Part shown: positions 1-9,885 of the stretch, piece by piece | Position numbering within the stretch: the first letter of the stretch is position 1 | How the letters are laid out: each line of letters opens with the position of its first letter | Notes under the pieces: generated by a model | The model's database searches: none | What the model was told of the DNA's origin: nothing | Seen by the model: only the letters and a program-made list of their open reading frames with translations | Assembly: GCA_964530725.1 (NCBI GenBank) | Contig: CAZGYV010000002.1 | Location: 26,046-90,045, forward strand | Direction of reading: 5' to 3' | From: an uncultured Candidatus Saccharibacteria bacterium | GTDB lineage: Bacteria; Patescibacteriota; Saccharimonadia; CAILAD01; CAZGYV01 | Length of the DNA stretch: 64,000 nucleotides | Position numbers and translations under genes: made by a program

Positions 1-953
1 GGTGCTTCGACCCGGACGTCGTGAGCACTTAGTGCTAGGGCCAGGTTGCGATCGAGCTCATTGATACGCGCCAGCTTAATGCCCGAAGGCGGCTTGAGAG
101 TGTATTGCGACACCGTTGGCCCAACATTGACAGTCCCCATCACCACATCGATCCCAAAATCGGCTAGTGTATTTTGGATCACACCGGCATTATTTTTGAC
201 ATTGCCCGCATCAGCGTGGGTAGAGGTCGACTCCAAAAGATCGAGCGATGGATATTCCCAATCCTTATCGAGCGCCTCGACAATCGGATCGATCCGCGCG
301 CTCTTGGGCTCAGCTTTGCTACCACCAATCGTACCTTTGATCGGAAGCTTGTTGTTAATTTCAAAAGCCGGCTCATTAATCTCCAGCTCGGGTTCGTCGC
401 GATGACGCTTGAATAAGGTCAGAAACTTAGTAAAAAGGTCCTTCAAACGGGCATTGGCCGCCACAATCAAGCTGACTAAAAGCAGCATGATGAGAATGAA
501 AATTGCCACCGGACGGGTCAAGATCGGCCCCATCACCATCGAGATCCCCCAGCCTATCACACCACCGTAATCACCCACTGTCATGAGGCTAATGCCGGCC
601 GGCGCTAAAACGAATTGAAAAATTCCCGCCAGACAGACAAAAAACGCCAATAGGCCCATTAGGTTGTTGGTTTTGAACTCATAATGGTCTTGGCGAAACA
701 GCATCCAAGCCACCAATAGCAAGGCCAGCGGCAGTAAATAAGCGGCCATGCCGACTACGAATTTAAAGCTCGCCAGCGTCCAAACACCAGCCACGCCGGC
801 GACATTGACCATCGCCAACACCAAAAAAACCGCCAGAAGCACAAGCAAGATAGCAATGATCTCACGCACTGCACTCCGCTCCAAAAGCGGCTTTATTTCT
901 TTATCCTTGAGATCCTTTTTGTGATTTTTAGTGGGTTTTTTGCGCTTGGCCAT
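1..953 (-). CDS. ftsK: DNA translocase FtsK/SpoIIIE, N-terminal part (runs off the window)
   Basis: Not in the ORF track because the stop lies outside the window. Manual translation from ATG 953 gives MAKRKK, several TM helices, then WEYPSLDLL...VGPTVSQYTLKP...LALALSAHDVRVEAP (FtsK alpha domain). Confidence 0.9.
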   Translation of the reverse strand, partial: MAKRKKPTKNHKKDLKDKEIKPLLERSAVREIIAILLVLLAVFLVLAMVNVAGVAGVWTLASFKFVVGMAAYLLPLALLLVAWMLFRQDHYEFKTNNLMGLLAFFVCLAGIFQFVLAPAGISLMTVGDYGGVIGWGISMVMGPILTRPVAIFILIMLLLVSLIVAANARLKDLFTKFLTLFKRHRDEPELEINEPAFEINNKLPIKGTIGGSKAEPKSARIDPIVEALDKDWEYPSLDLLESTSTHADAGNVKNNAGVIQNTLADFGIDVVMGTVNVGPTVSQYTLKPPSGIKLARINELDRNLALALSAHDVRVEA

Positions 954-1126
954 AGCCTACATTATATCCTAGCACCAACCAGTCGGGCTAGCGCTTTTAG
1001 GGCCAAAAAACATTTGAAAAGCAAATTTCTTCATCAATCACCCTCCTAGTGATTTACTCTATTATAGCACAATCAGACCATAATTACCAGTCTTGTCAAA
1101 TCCTACCCTGACCAGATAAGATAGTT

Positions 1127-2887
1127 GTGATGAGGAATATAATTCAGATTTTCAGCCTGCTAAGAAACATGAAATGGCAGGTGGTGTATCTTTGTGCTAT
1201 AGCACTGCTATCGGCTATTTTTGGCGTACTCGTCCCCTTTATCTTCTCCCGCATCATCGATCAGATTATATCGCTCGTGAGTAGCAGCTCGAGCACTAAC
1301 AGCAGCAGTAATATTATCGGCCTGGTAATAGTTTTTGGGGCAGTCATCCTGATAAATACTAGCTTTAACACTTACAGTTATTATTTATCCGAACGATTCG
1401 AGCTCAGAGTCCAGGAAGCGCTAAGGCTCAAGGTCTACCAAAAATTATTAACGATGGATGTGCACTACTTCGAAAGCAACAAGGCCGGCGAGATACTACA
1501 AAAAATCAACAACAGCTTAAGCAGCTTTATTAACTGGCTGCTCAATGTTGTCTGGCAGTACCTGGACGCGCTTTTTATCGTTGTGGCCACCATGGTAGCT
1601 ATCATTATCATCAATCCAATTGTCGGGCTTATCTACATCGCCTTTGCAATATTTTACATCATTATTTTTTACCGAACCGCTAAGCGTGTGCGGCCGATTG
1701 ATAAGAAAATGCAAAGGCAGTCCGAGATCGCTTTCGGCCACTACACCGAATCACTGACCCACATCTCGACCACCAGAACTCTCAGCGCCGAGCAATCGAT
1801 CACCCGCAAGTACGCAACTGCCGTGCGCAAATCAAAAGAATACGGTTTTCAAACCGTCAGCATCTGGGCGCGGTCAATATTTGTCCGCAGCCATGTCATG
1901 CAGCTGGTGTACATTCTAACCTTTTCAATTTTAATATGGCAAACACTTAATCATCAGCTTAGCATTGGCCAACTAATCTTCGCGATTTTCGTCATTCAGC
2001 AATTCACCAACCGAGTCTGGCCGCTGAGCCGGTTTCTCGACCAAACTCTACGCACCGACGTGGCGGTTGGCCGGCTGGTCGACGTTTTCGCGACTACGCC
2101 GCTGATAGTAGACCGGGCGGACGCTAAAAAACTAACCCACCTTAAGTCAATCGAGTTTAAAAATGTCAGCTTTTCCTATCCCGAAAATAAAAAAGGCGCG
2201 GTTGCAAATATTTCATTTCGGATCGAAAGCGGCAAGACGATTGCCCTGGTCGGCCCATCGGGCGTCGGCAAGAGTACTATTACCAAACTGCTGCTGCGTT
2301 TTTACGCGCCTGATTCAGGGCAAATCCTGGTCAACGACGAGAATATCAGCGCCTTTACTCAAGATTCGTTGCGCACCCATATCGGTATGGTTATGCAAGA
2401 CGTCGCCCTCTTTAATACTACAGTCGAAGATAATTTAAAATTAGCCAAGCCGCAGGCGAGCAAAGAACTGATCCAAGCCGCTGCCCGCAAATCACATGCC
2501 GTCGAATTTATCGACGAGCTGCCGAAAAAATACCAAACAATCGTCGGCGAGCGCGGTGTCAAGCTGTCCGGCGGCCAAAAGCAGCGTGTTGCCATCGCTC
2601 GAGCAATTCTAAAAAATCCAGATTTGATCATCCTCGACGAAGCGACCAGCGCGCTCGATAGCGAGTCGGAGCGCTTGGTGCAAGAGGGCCTCAAAGAGCT
2701 AATGGCTGGCCGCTCAGCCCTGGTTATCGCCCACCGGCTGAGCACCGTCATGCACGCGGACGAAATATTGGTACTCAAAAAAGGCCGGATTATAGAACGC
2801 GGTGACCATAAAGAGCTTATCAAGAACGATAAGCTCTACGCACGGCTATTTCAACTCCAGTCGGCCAGCGGCAAAGTAAAACTTTAA
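1127..2887 (+). CDS. ABC exporter, fused permease and ATPase (MsbA/MdlB type)
   Basis: N-terminal TM domain; GPSGVGKS, LSGGQKQR, ILDEATSALD, IAHRLST. Confidence 0.95.
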   Translation: MMRNIIQIFSLLRNMKWQVVYLCAIALLSAIFGVLVPFIFSRIIDQIISLVSSSSSTNSSSNIIGLVIVFGAVILINTSFNTYSYYLSERFELRVQEALRLKVYQKLLTMDVHYFESNKAGEILQKINNSLSSFINWLLNVVWQYLDALFIVVATMVAIIIINPIVGLIYIAFAIFYIIIFYRTAKRVRPIDKKMQRQSEIAFGHYTESLTHISTTRTLSAEQSITRKYATAVRKSKEYGFQTVSIWARSIFVRSHVMQLVYILTFSILIWQTLNHQLSIGQLIFAIFVIQQFTNRVWPLSRFLDQTLRTDVAVGRLVDVFATTPLIVDRADAKKLTHLKSIEFKNVSFSYPENKKGAVANISFRIESGKTIALVGPSGVGKSTITKLLLRFYAPDSGQILVNDENISAFTQDSLRTHIGMVMQDVALFNTTVEDNLKLAKPQASKELIQAAARKSHAVEFIDELPKKYQTIVGERGVKLSGGQKQRVAIARAILKNPDLIILDEATSALDSESERLVQEGLKELMAGRSALVIAHRLSTVMHADEILVLKKGRIIERGDHKELIKNDKLYARLFQLQSASGKVKL

Positions 2888-2940
2888 CTAATTTTTCCTT
2901 ATCAAAATGAAGGCTGCCCGGTTTTACCCAGGCAGCGCGT

Positions 2941-3282
2941 TTAGATGACTGCTTCAAATATTTTTTCGAAACAGTTCGTCAGGACATGTTGGCTGACATT
3001 ACGAGCCGGTATTTGGTACCAAAATATATTGGTTTTCAGCTCTATTTCGGAGAATATCGCCAGGCGCAGGAGCAACAGCTCACCACAAAACTCGATCAAT
3101 GGATCACCATGTGGGCACCAGGTCTCACCCTCGGCTCCGCGATGAATGTCGATGATGTGGCGCTTGATCGCCAAACAAATCAACCATTCCGGTTGATCCG
3201 TGCCATCGACAGCCAACTGATAAGCTGCCTCTCTCGTCCTTCCTGCTCGACTAGTTAGTGACTCATCCTGCGACACCGCCAC
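2941..3282 (-). CDS. hypothetical protein
   Basis: 113-aa ORF abutting the upstream ORF; no motif recognised. Confidence 0.5.
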   Translation of the reverse strand: MAVSQDESLTSRAGRTREAAYQLAVDGTDQPEWLICLAIKRHIIDIHRGAEGETWCPHGDPLIEFCGELLLLRLAIFSEIELKTNIFWYQIPARNVSQHVLTNCFEKIFEAVI

Positions 3283-3501
3283 TTAGAACATCTCCCTTCG
3301 GCTCTTGATTAAGGCTTGTACCATTGAAATCGCACTGATCGCATCGCGGTGAGGATTTTCGGCAAGTTTTGCCCCAAGCTCTGCCAGCTCACTACGATCG
3401 TAGTTAACTAGATCACCAGGATCACCCTCGCCGATAATCACCATCTGGTTGCGTAGCATTTCTTCGGTCACCATTTCAAGCTCCTCTGTCGCCGTTGACA
3501 A
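3283..3501 (-). CDS. hypothetical acidic protein
   Basis: 72-aa ORF with a TTG start; its stop is adjacent to the next start and it supplies an SD-like AAGGGAG. Confidence 0.45.
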   Translation of the reverse strand: MSTATEELEMVTEEMLRNQMVIIGEGDPGDLVNYDRSELAELGAKLAENPHRDAISAISMVQALIKSRREMF

Positions 3502-3717
3502 GGTGCACGATTTGCCATGATAGAGAATTTGCTAGCTGCCGTCAAGGCTTGTATGCAATAAGTTCTGCCCTGCCACAAACAAAACCATAATCAGTAAGCA
3601 AACAGTAAAATCCTTTCGTCCTTTCGGACTCATCAGAATGAGTACACACTCATTGAGGAGCGGGATTTTCACCCGCCTCCCACAAGATACCCCGTGGGAT
3701 TTTTCCATCACCTCACA

Positions 3718-4257
3718 TTACCGTGCAGCAATGGTTGTCGTGGCATTCTCCGGCGGCTTATCCGCCGGAACTTCGGTCTCGTCATCAGATGCCCCTTCAG
3801 GAGCACAGGGTGGACGATAGTCCGGATTGGTATCCGGCCAAAAGTACCAGTAATACGGGCTGGCCGCATTCCACCGGTTCAACGGATTGACCGGGTCGTA
3901 CGGATCGCCGTAAACGCCATCTGACGGCCTAGGAACGTAGGTGATCCTGGAGCCGCTTGGTGGTGACAATCGATCCTGAGTCTTTGGTGCTTCCGGCATC
4001 TTTCCGGGATTGACTGGCTTCGGATTACTAGCCGAACCGGATGGTTTTCCGGTTGGCGATCCAGATGGCTTCCCACTCGATGAACCGGATGGTTTCCCAA
4101 CGGGGCTAGGTGCCGGCGATCTTACTCCGCCTGACCCCGAGCCTCCGCTCCGCGCCCCACCGCTTGATGGTGCAGCACAAGCTTGGTCGCTTGCACATGC
4201 CGCCATCAAGCCAGCGACTAATCCAGAGATGACCAGCAGAATGGTCAACCTTCTCAA
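3718..4257 (-). CDS. putative lipoprotein or secreted Gly/Ser/Pro-rich protein
   Basis: Signal peptide ending LMAAC; three GKPSGS repeats; SD AAGGGG; promoter TGGACA-17-TATAAT at 4324-4296. Confidence 0.7.
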   Translation of the reverse strand: MRRLTILLVISGLVAGLMAACASDQACAAPSSGGARSGGSGSGGVRSPAPSPVGKPSGSSSGKPSGSPTGKPSGSASNPKPVNPGKMPEAPKTQDRLSPPSGSRITYVPRPSDGVYGDPYDPVNPLNRWNAASPYYWYFWPDTNPDYRPPCAPEGASDDETEVPADKPPENATTTIAAR

Positions 4258-4326
4258 GGCTATCCCCTTTTTCGCTTCTCCAACTTAGCTAACCTATTAT
4301 AGAATATTTTGCTATTTTTGTCCAGT

Positions 4327-6351
4327 CTAAACTTCAATCACGACCGGCAAGACGATTGGATTGCGCTTAGTCACTTTGTAGAGGTAATTGCTTAGCTCCT
4401 CGCGCATACGAGTCTTGATGATCGGAGAATTGGCCGGCACCGAGATGTCTCGCTTTTCAAAAATATTACGGACAATTTGGCGTGATTTATTGAGCAGCTC
4501 TTCGTTGTCCTTCATATAGATAAAGCCGCGGCTGATGATGTCAGGGCTAGTTTTTAGCTTGCCGGTTTTCTTTTCAACCGTGACGATGGCCGTAAACACC
4601 CCCTCTGAAGCCATTGCCAAGCGGTCTTTCAAGACAACTTCCTGGACGTCACCAATACCAGCGCCATCAACTAATACTACGCCGGCAGCGACTTTTTTAC
4701 CTTCCTTGATGCCCTCTTTGGTGAGCTCTAGGGTTTGGCCATTTTCGATCATGAAAACATTTTTCGGATCAACAATACCGCTGCGCTTAGCGATTTCGGC
4801 ATTGTGCACCATGTGGTGGATTTCGCCGTGAATCGGCAGGTAGTATTTCGGCCGGATAATATTGATCATCTCCATCACTTCGTCGTAATAAGCGTGCCCC
4901 GAGGTGTGCATAATGCCAAGATCGTCAAAGCCACGCATACCATTTTGGTAAACATACGGGCCCCAGCGCAACAGATTATCAACCATGCTATAGACGTCTT
5001 TTTCGTTGCCTGGAATAATCGATGAGCTCAATACTACAACATCGGTCGGTTTTAATTTGATGTCTCTGTGCTCACCGCGGCCCATACGATTGAGCACCGC
5101 CATTTCCTCACCCTGCGAGCCAGTCGCCAGCACAGCTATCTCGCTGTCCTGATATTTGTTGACATCAGTGGCTTTAATCACGAGGCCAGCTGGAATTTTA
5201 ATGTAGCCAAATTTGACCGCCAGCTCAGCATTGGACAAGATACTGCGACCAACTATCACCAGCTTGCGCTTGGCTTTGGCCACCGCGTCAATAATAATCT
5301 GCATACGATTGACCTGGCTCGAGAAGGACGAGATGATAACCCGCTTGTTGTAATTGCGCACGAAGATCTCGTCGATCGTGTCAGTGATCTCCTGCTCGCG
5401 CGGGCTGTGTCCGGTCTGCTCGCAACTCGTACTATCACACATCAAAAGTGCCACTCCCTCGTCGCCGATTTCGCGCAAACGTTTGATATTACTCTCTTTA
5501 CCGTCAATCGGCTCAGGGTCGAAACGCCAATCGCCAGTATTGACGATCGTACCGACCGGCGTACGAATAACCAGCGCGCAAGAGTCCGGAATCGAGTGGG
5601 TAATGCGCACAAATTCGATCGAAAAGGCACCCAGCTGAATCTTTTGGCCTAAATCCTGATCGACAATATGCATTTCTGGCTTAAAGGGCAAGCGGTATTC
5701 AGTCAACATGCGCTCGATGAACTTAATCGTGAATTTAGCACCGTAAATCGGAGCTGGTAATTTTGGCAAAATAAATGGAATGCCGCCGATGTGGTCCAAG
5801 TGGGCATGAGTTATTAGGTGACCGCGAACCTTGTGCTTGCGCTCTTCCAAATAACTAATGTCAGGCAAAATGTAATCGATACCCGGCAAATCGGGTCCGG
5901 GGAACATGAAGCCCAAGTCCATCACGATGATGTCATCTTCGTATTCCAGGGCGCAAACGTTTTTGCCAATCTGGCCTAAGCCTCCTAGCGGGATAATTTT
6001 TAGCTTGCCGGCATCGATCTTGGATAGTCTCGGCGAGCTGGCCGGCTTAGCGGAGTCTGATTTGGAATTGAAGTTACCATCCATGTAGTTCGGCCTGGAA
6101 AAACGATTCTGGCGCTGAGAACGCGACGAGCCATTGCCTGGCTTGCCGTTTGAGCTTTGGCGGCGATTAGGCTGCCGCGCGGTATTGTTAGTTTTAGCCG
6201 AGGTCCGGCGCGAACTACCGGCTTGGTCGCCAGCTTGTCCACCAGTTTGATTGCTATTTTGGACCGCCTTTGCAGGGCGGGTTGGTTTTTTTGTGCCACT
6301 AAGGCCTAAATCTTCTTCTCTTAGCGGTCTTGATGATAATGAATCTGTCAT
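4327..6351 (-). CDS. rnj: ribonuclease J
   Basis: IIPLGGLGQIGKN, THAHLDHIGG, TGDWRFD, ATGSQGE, HTSGH, PIHGE; about 110-aa disordered N-terminal extension. Confidence 0.97.
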   Translation of the reverse strand: MTDSLSSRPLREEDLGLSGTKKPTRPAKAVQNSNQTGGQAGDQAGSSRRTSAKTNNTARQPNRRQSSNGKPGNGSSRSQRQNRFSRPNYMDGNFNSKSDSAKPASSPRLSKIDAGKLKIIPLGGLGQIGKNVCALEYEDDIIVMDLGFMFPGPDLPGIDYILPDISYLEERKHKVRGHLITHAHLDHIGGIPFILPKLPAPIYGAKFTIKFIERMLTEYRLPFKPEMHIVDQDLGQKIQLGAFSIEFVRITHSIPDSCALVIRTPVGTIVNTGDWRFDPEPIDGKESNIKRLREIGDEGVALLMCDSTSCEQTGHSPREQEITDTIDEIFVRNYNKRVIISSFSSQVNRMQIIIDAVAKAKRKLVIVGRSILSNAELAVKFGYIKIPAGLVIKATDVNKYQDSEIAVLATGSQGEEMAVLNRMGRGEHRDIKLKPTDVVVLSSSIIPGNEKDVYSMVDNLLRWGPYVYQNGMRGFDDLGIMHTSGHAYYDEVMEMINIIRPKYYLPIHGEIHHMVHNAEIAKRSGIVDPKNVFMIENGQTLELTKEGIKEGKKVAAGVVLVDGAGIGDVQEVVLKDRLAMASEGVFTAIVTVEKKTGKLKTSPDIISRGFIYMKDNEELLNKSRQIVRNIFEKRDISVPANSPIIKTRMREELSNYLYKVTKRNPIVLPVVIEV

Positions 6352-6492
6352 TATTGTTATTTCCTTCCTTAATAAAATGTTTTTATTTTGTCATTTAAGA
6401 ATTTATTTTAGAATCCCCGATCTCTTTTTTCGTGAGAGATCCTAAAATCAAACCTTAGGACGACGAAATGGTTTTTGTTGTTAAATCATTGC

Positions 6493-7068
6493 TTAGTTAA
6501 TTTGCTCTAATATCTTTGGGATTTTCGCGAAATCGTCTAGCAAGCTAGTGCGCATGCCACCGTTGTAAAGAGCGGCTGCCGGATGATACAGTGGTAAAAA
6601 TACCTGGCCGCCGCGACGCACGGGCCTGCCGTGAGCCGCACTGATCTTGAGCTCTGGAAAAAATACATTCATCGAGTGACGCCCCAGGAAAACAATCAGC
6701 TTAGGCTGGATAACTTTGATCTGAGCGAGTAGGAATGGCAAGCAAGCCTTGATCTCAGCCGGCAACGGATCCCGATTACCCGGCGGGCGGTATTTGACGA
6801 TATTGGTAATAAACACTTTCTCCCGCGTTAGACCGATCGATACTAGCATTTCTTCGAGAAATTTACCAGCCGCACCGACAAAAGGTCGACCGGTTTCATC
6901 TTCGCGTGCCCCCGGAGCTTCGCCAACAAACATAATATCAGACTCTGGATCACCCTCGCCCGGCACTGGATTTTTGATCGATTGGCAGAGCTCTGGGCAG
7001 GCATCACAGCTGGCGATCTCATCAGCAATTGCCGCTAGCTTTTCAATTTTTTCTTGTCTAGTTAGCAT
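6493..7068 (-). CDS. uracil-DNA glycosylase family 4
   Basis: CxxC, VGEAPG, GRPFVG, TNIVKYRPPGNRDP, YHPAA. Confidence 0.95.
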   Translation of the reverse strand: MLTRQEKIEKLAAIADEIASCDACPELCQSIKNPVPGEGDPESDIMFVGEAPGAREDETGRPFVGAAGKFLEEMLVSIGLTREKVFITNIVKYRPPGNRDPLPAEIKACLPFLLAQIKVIQPKLIVFLGRHSMNVFFPELKISAAHGRPVRRGGQVFLPLYHPAAALYNGGMRTSLLDDFAKIPKILEQIN

Positions 7069-7142
7069 AACTTATAGGAATTTACTGGTGACTTTATATT
7101 CGTGAAAATTAACTATTCGAGAGCAACTCAGAGGTGTTTGAA

Positions 7143-7260
7143 GGATTAAATATTCGCGAGTAGTTCAAGGCAAAAACGAGGAGCAGAGCGTCGCGTACTC
7201 GATGGTACGCAAAGCGAGCACCGGAGTTTTTAACGCCAAAATGCTCCGAAGATTTAATCT
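7143..7260. repeat. RPE-like palindromic element, copy B
   Basis: Outer stem GGATTAAAT/ATTTAATCT; GTTCAAGG...AACGCC internal motif; central GCGTAC/GTACGC hairpin. Confidence 0.75.
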
Positions 7261-7279
7261 GCATTGCGCTCCAAGAATG

Positions 7280-7387
7280 AAATATATGAGCATAGTTCCA
7301 GGAAAAACTAAGTGGCGAAACGAGGCGTACTAGTTGGTACGTCGAGTGAGCAACGAAAGTTTTGACGAAGAAATATGCCATATATTT
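7280..7387. repeat. RPE-like palindromic element, copy A
   Basis: Outer stem AAATATATG/CATATATTT; GTTCCAGG...GACGAAGAA; central GGCGTAC/GTACGTC; overlaps the pnp stop codon. Confidence 0.8.
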
Positions 7388-9524
7388 AATTCGAAGCGGC
7401 CTTTTTAGATAGATTGAGTCTCCCCTGCGAATCAATCTCAACCAACTTAACAGGAAATTCATCACCCACCTTAAGCTCTTTATTGATATCGTCAACGTGA
7501 TAATCAGCAATTTGGCTGATGTGCACCAGGCCTTCTTTACCAGGCAGAATCTCGACAAAAGCGCCAAAATCCATCACCCGCACCACTCGCCCGTCATAAA
7601 TCTTGCCTACTTCCGGCTCGGCCACGATAGACTCGATCCACTCTTGCGCCGCCTTGGCCTTAGCTTCATCAGTCGAAGCAATCATGACCAGACCGCTGTC
7701 TTCGATATCAATCTCAACACCAGTTTCGGCAATGATTTTTTGAATCGTCTCGCCGCCCTTGCCGATAACTTCGCGGATTTTTTCCGGATCAATCGTCATT
7801 TTGTGTATGCGCGGCGCATATTGACTGATGTCCGCTCGCGGCTTGTCGATCACTTCAAGTATTTTACCCATGATGTGCGAGCGACCTTCTTTGGCCTGGG
7901 CCAGTGCCTCCTTCATAATTTCAACCGTGATGCCCTTCACCTTGATGTCCATCTGCAGCGCGGTAATACCTTGCTCGGTACCAGCTACCTTGAAATCCAT
8001 GTCGCCGGCAAAATCCTCGGCGCCTTGAATGTCCGAGAGAATCGTAAATTGATCCGTCTTATCATGATTGATCATCAAGCCCATCGCGATACCGGCCACA
8101 GGACGTGCCAGCGGCACGCCGGCATCCATCAGTGACATGGTCGAGCCGCAAACGCTCGCCATCGAAGTCGAGCCATTGCTGGTCAGAATCTCCGAAACTA
8201 CCCGAATGGTGTAGGGAAAATCTTCGACGTCAGGAATGACGGGCAGCAAAGCGCGCTCTGCTAAGGCGCCGTGGCCGATTTCACGCCGGCCAGTCGAGCG
8301 CATTGGTCGAGCCTCGCCGGTCGAATACGGCGGAAAATTGTAATGATGCATGTAGCGCTTGCTGGTGTCTTCTTCCATCGTGTCGATCAATTGCGCGTCC
8401 GAGGTCGGACCAAGCGTCGTGATAGTCAGCGCCTGGGTAGTACCGCGAGTGAAAAGGCCGGAGCCATGAGTGCGCGGCAAAACGCCTGTCTGACCAGAAA
8501 TCGGCCGAATCTCACTATTTTTACGTCCATCAGGCCGCTTGCCTTCTTCTAAAATAGAGCGTCGGATCTCCGTGTCAATCACTTTCTCGAAGGCATTAGC
8601 TACTTCGGCGTGACTGTAGCGCTCTTTGTCGTCTTCGACTTCAGCACGCAGTGGTCCGAATTCATTCATAACCTCGAGCTTCAGACGGCCAAGTGACTCT
8701 TGGCGCTGCTGCACATCAGTCGAAATAATATTCTCACCCAGCTTACCAGTTAAAAACTTTGATACTTTTTCGTAAACTTCTGGCGATGGCGTGAACAATT
8801 CAAATTCTTTTGGCGTTACAGCAGCAGCTTTGACCATCTTTTGCTGCAACTCAATCACCGGTTGCCATGTTGCTTGCGCCAAGGCAAGAGCCTCGACCAT
8901 GGTGGATTCATCGACTTCGCTAGCAGCGGCCTCAACCATCATGATGGCGTCTTTGGTGCCGGCAACAGTCAGATTGAGCTGGCTGTTTTCTTGTTGCGAG
9001 ACAGATGGGCAAACTACCAGCTTGCCGTCGATTGAGCCAATCCGCGCCGCTGCGACTGGTCCGTCAAATGGTGCGCCAGAGAGCATCAAAGCGCTAGACG
9101 CGGCAATAATACCGATAATGTCCGGTTCGTGCTCCAAGTCAGCGCTCAAGACGGTCGTCACTATCTGAACGTCATTGCGGTAGCCTTTTGGAAAAAGCGG
9201 GCGGATCGGCCGATCGATCAAGCGGCTAGTCAAAATAGCCCTTTCACTTGGGCGGCCTTCACGCTTAATAAAGCGGCTGCCCGATATTTTACCTGAAGCG
9301 TACATACGCTCTTCGTAGTCCACCAAAAGCGGGAAAAAGTCAGTCCCCTCCTTGGGCTCCGGTGCGATTACAGCCGTACCAAGCACCACTGTATCACCGT
9401 AGCGCACCAGAACGGCGCCATCTGTTAAAAAGGCCAGGCGGCCAGTTTCAATTGTTAGTTCGCGACCAGCGAACTCAGTCTTAAACACTTCGGTTTTTCC
9501 ACCAAACGGATGGATGATTTCCAT
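7386..9524 (-). CDS. pnp: polyribonucleotide nucleotidyltransferase (PNPase)
   Basis: SRLIDRPIRPLFP, RREIGHG, SNGSTSMASVC, GDMDFKVAGT; KH and S1 domains. Confidence 0.99.
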   Translation of the reverse strand: MEIIHPFGGKTEVFKTEFAGRELTIETGRLAFLTDGAVLVRYGDTVVLGTAVIAPEPKEGTDFFPLLVDYEERMYASGKISGSRFIKREGRPSERAILTSRLIDRPIRPLFPKGYRNDVQIVTTVLSADLEHEPDIIGIIAASSALMLSGAPFDGPVAAARIGSIDGKLVVCPSVSQQENSQLNLTVAGTKDAIMMVEAAASEVDESTMVEALALAQATWQPVIELQQKMVKAAAVTPKEFELFTPSPEVYEKVSKFLTGKLGENIISTDVQQRQESLGRLKLEVMNEFGPLRAEVEDDKERYSHAEVANAFEKVIDTEIRRSILEEGKRPDGRKNSEIRPISGQTGVLPRTHGSGLFTRGTTQALTITTLGPTSDAQLIDTMEEDTSKRYMHHYNFPPYSTGEARPMRSTGRREIGHGALAERALLPVIPDVEDFPYTIRVVSEILTSNGSTSMASVCGSTMSLMDAGVPLARPVAGIAMGLMINHDKTDQFTILSDIQGAEDFAGDMDFKVAGTEQGITALQMDIKVKGITVEIMKEALAQAKEGRSHIMGKILEVIDKPRADISQYAPRIHKMTIDPEKIREVIGKGGETIQKIIAETGVEIDIEDSGLVMIASTDEAKAKAAQEWIESIVAEPEVGKIYDGRVVRVMDFGAFVEILPGKEGLVHISQIADYHVDDINKELKVGDEFPVKLVEIDSQGRLNLSKKAASN

Positions 9525-9807
9525 CTAAATTCCTCTTGTCTTTCTTCGCCAAAGACTGCGGCGCGAGTCTTGCCAATATAAAGTGCCAGAGACGAGTGAT
9601 CAAATATTTTAATCAATCATCTCTACCACTTATCAGCGACTGAACACATTCTTTGTGCAAAATTACTAAATATATTATCAAAAATGCTATTTATTTATAC
9701 TTTTGTATCTGTAGGCTAAAGCACAAGTATTTTTTAGTTTAATTTATATTTTGTTAGATTTCTAGCGTTTTTGGCGCTTTTTTTATCAAAAAAATTAGTT
9801 TGGTAGC

Positions 9808-9874
9808 CTAGTACAGTTCAAGCTAGAAACACGCCTATTGGCAAGCAACTCACGAGGTACGTGAAATGTACTAG
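9808..9874. repeat. degenerate or internally deleted RPE-like element, copy E
   Basis: CTAGTACA/TGTACTAG stem enclosing GTTCAAG...ACGTGAAA, 11 nt past the rpsO stop. Confidence 0.45.
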
Positions 9875-9885
9875 AATACAAAAAA

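Noticed and set aside
46-416. Short ORFs listed in the track
   Set aside because: Shadows of the minus-strand ftsK frame.
7109-7567. 152-aa minus-strand ORF
   Set aside because: Overlaps the pnp 3' end in another frame and runs through the palindromic repeats; no protein-like signal.
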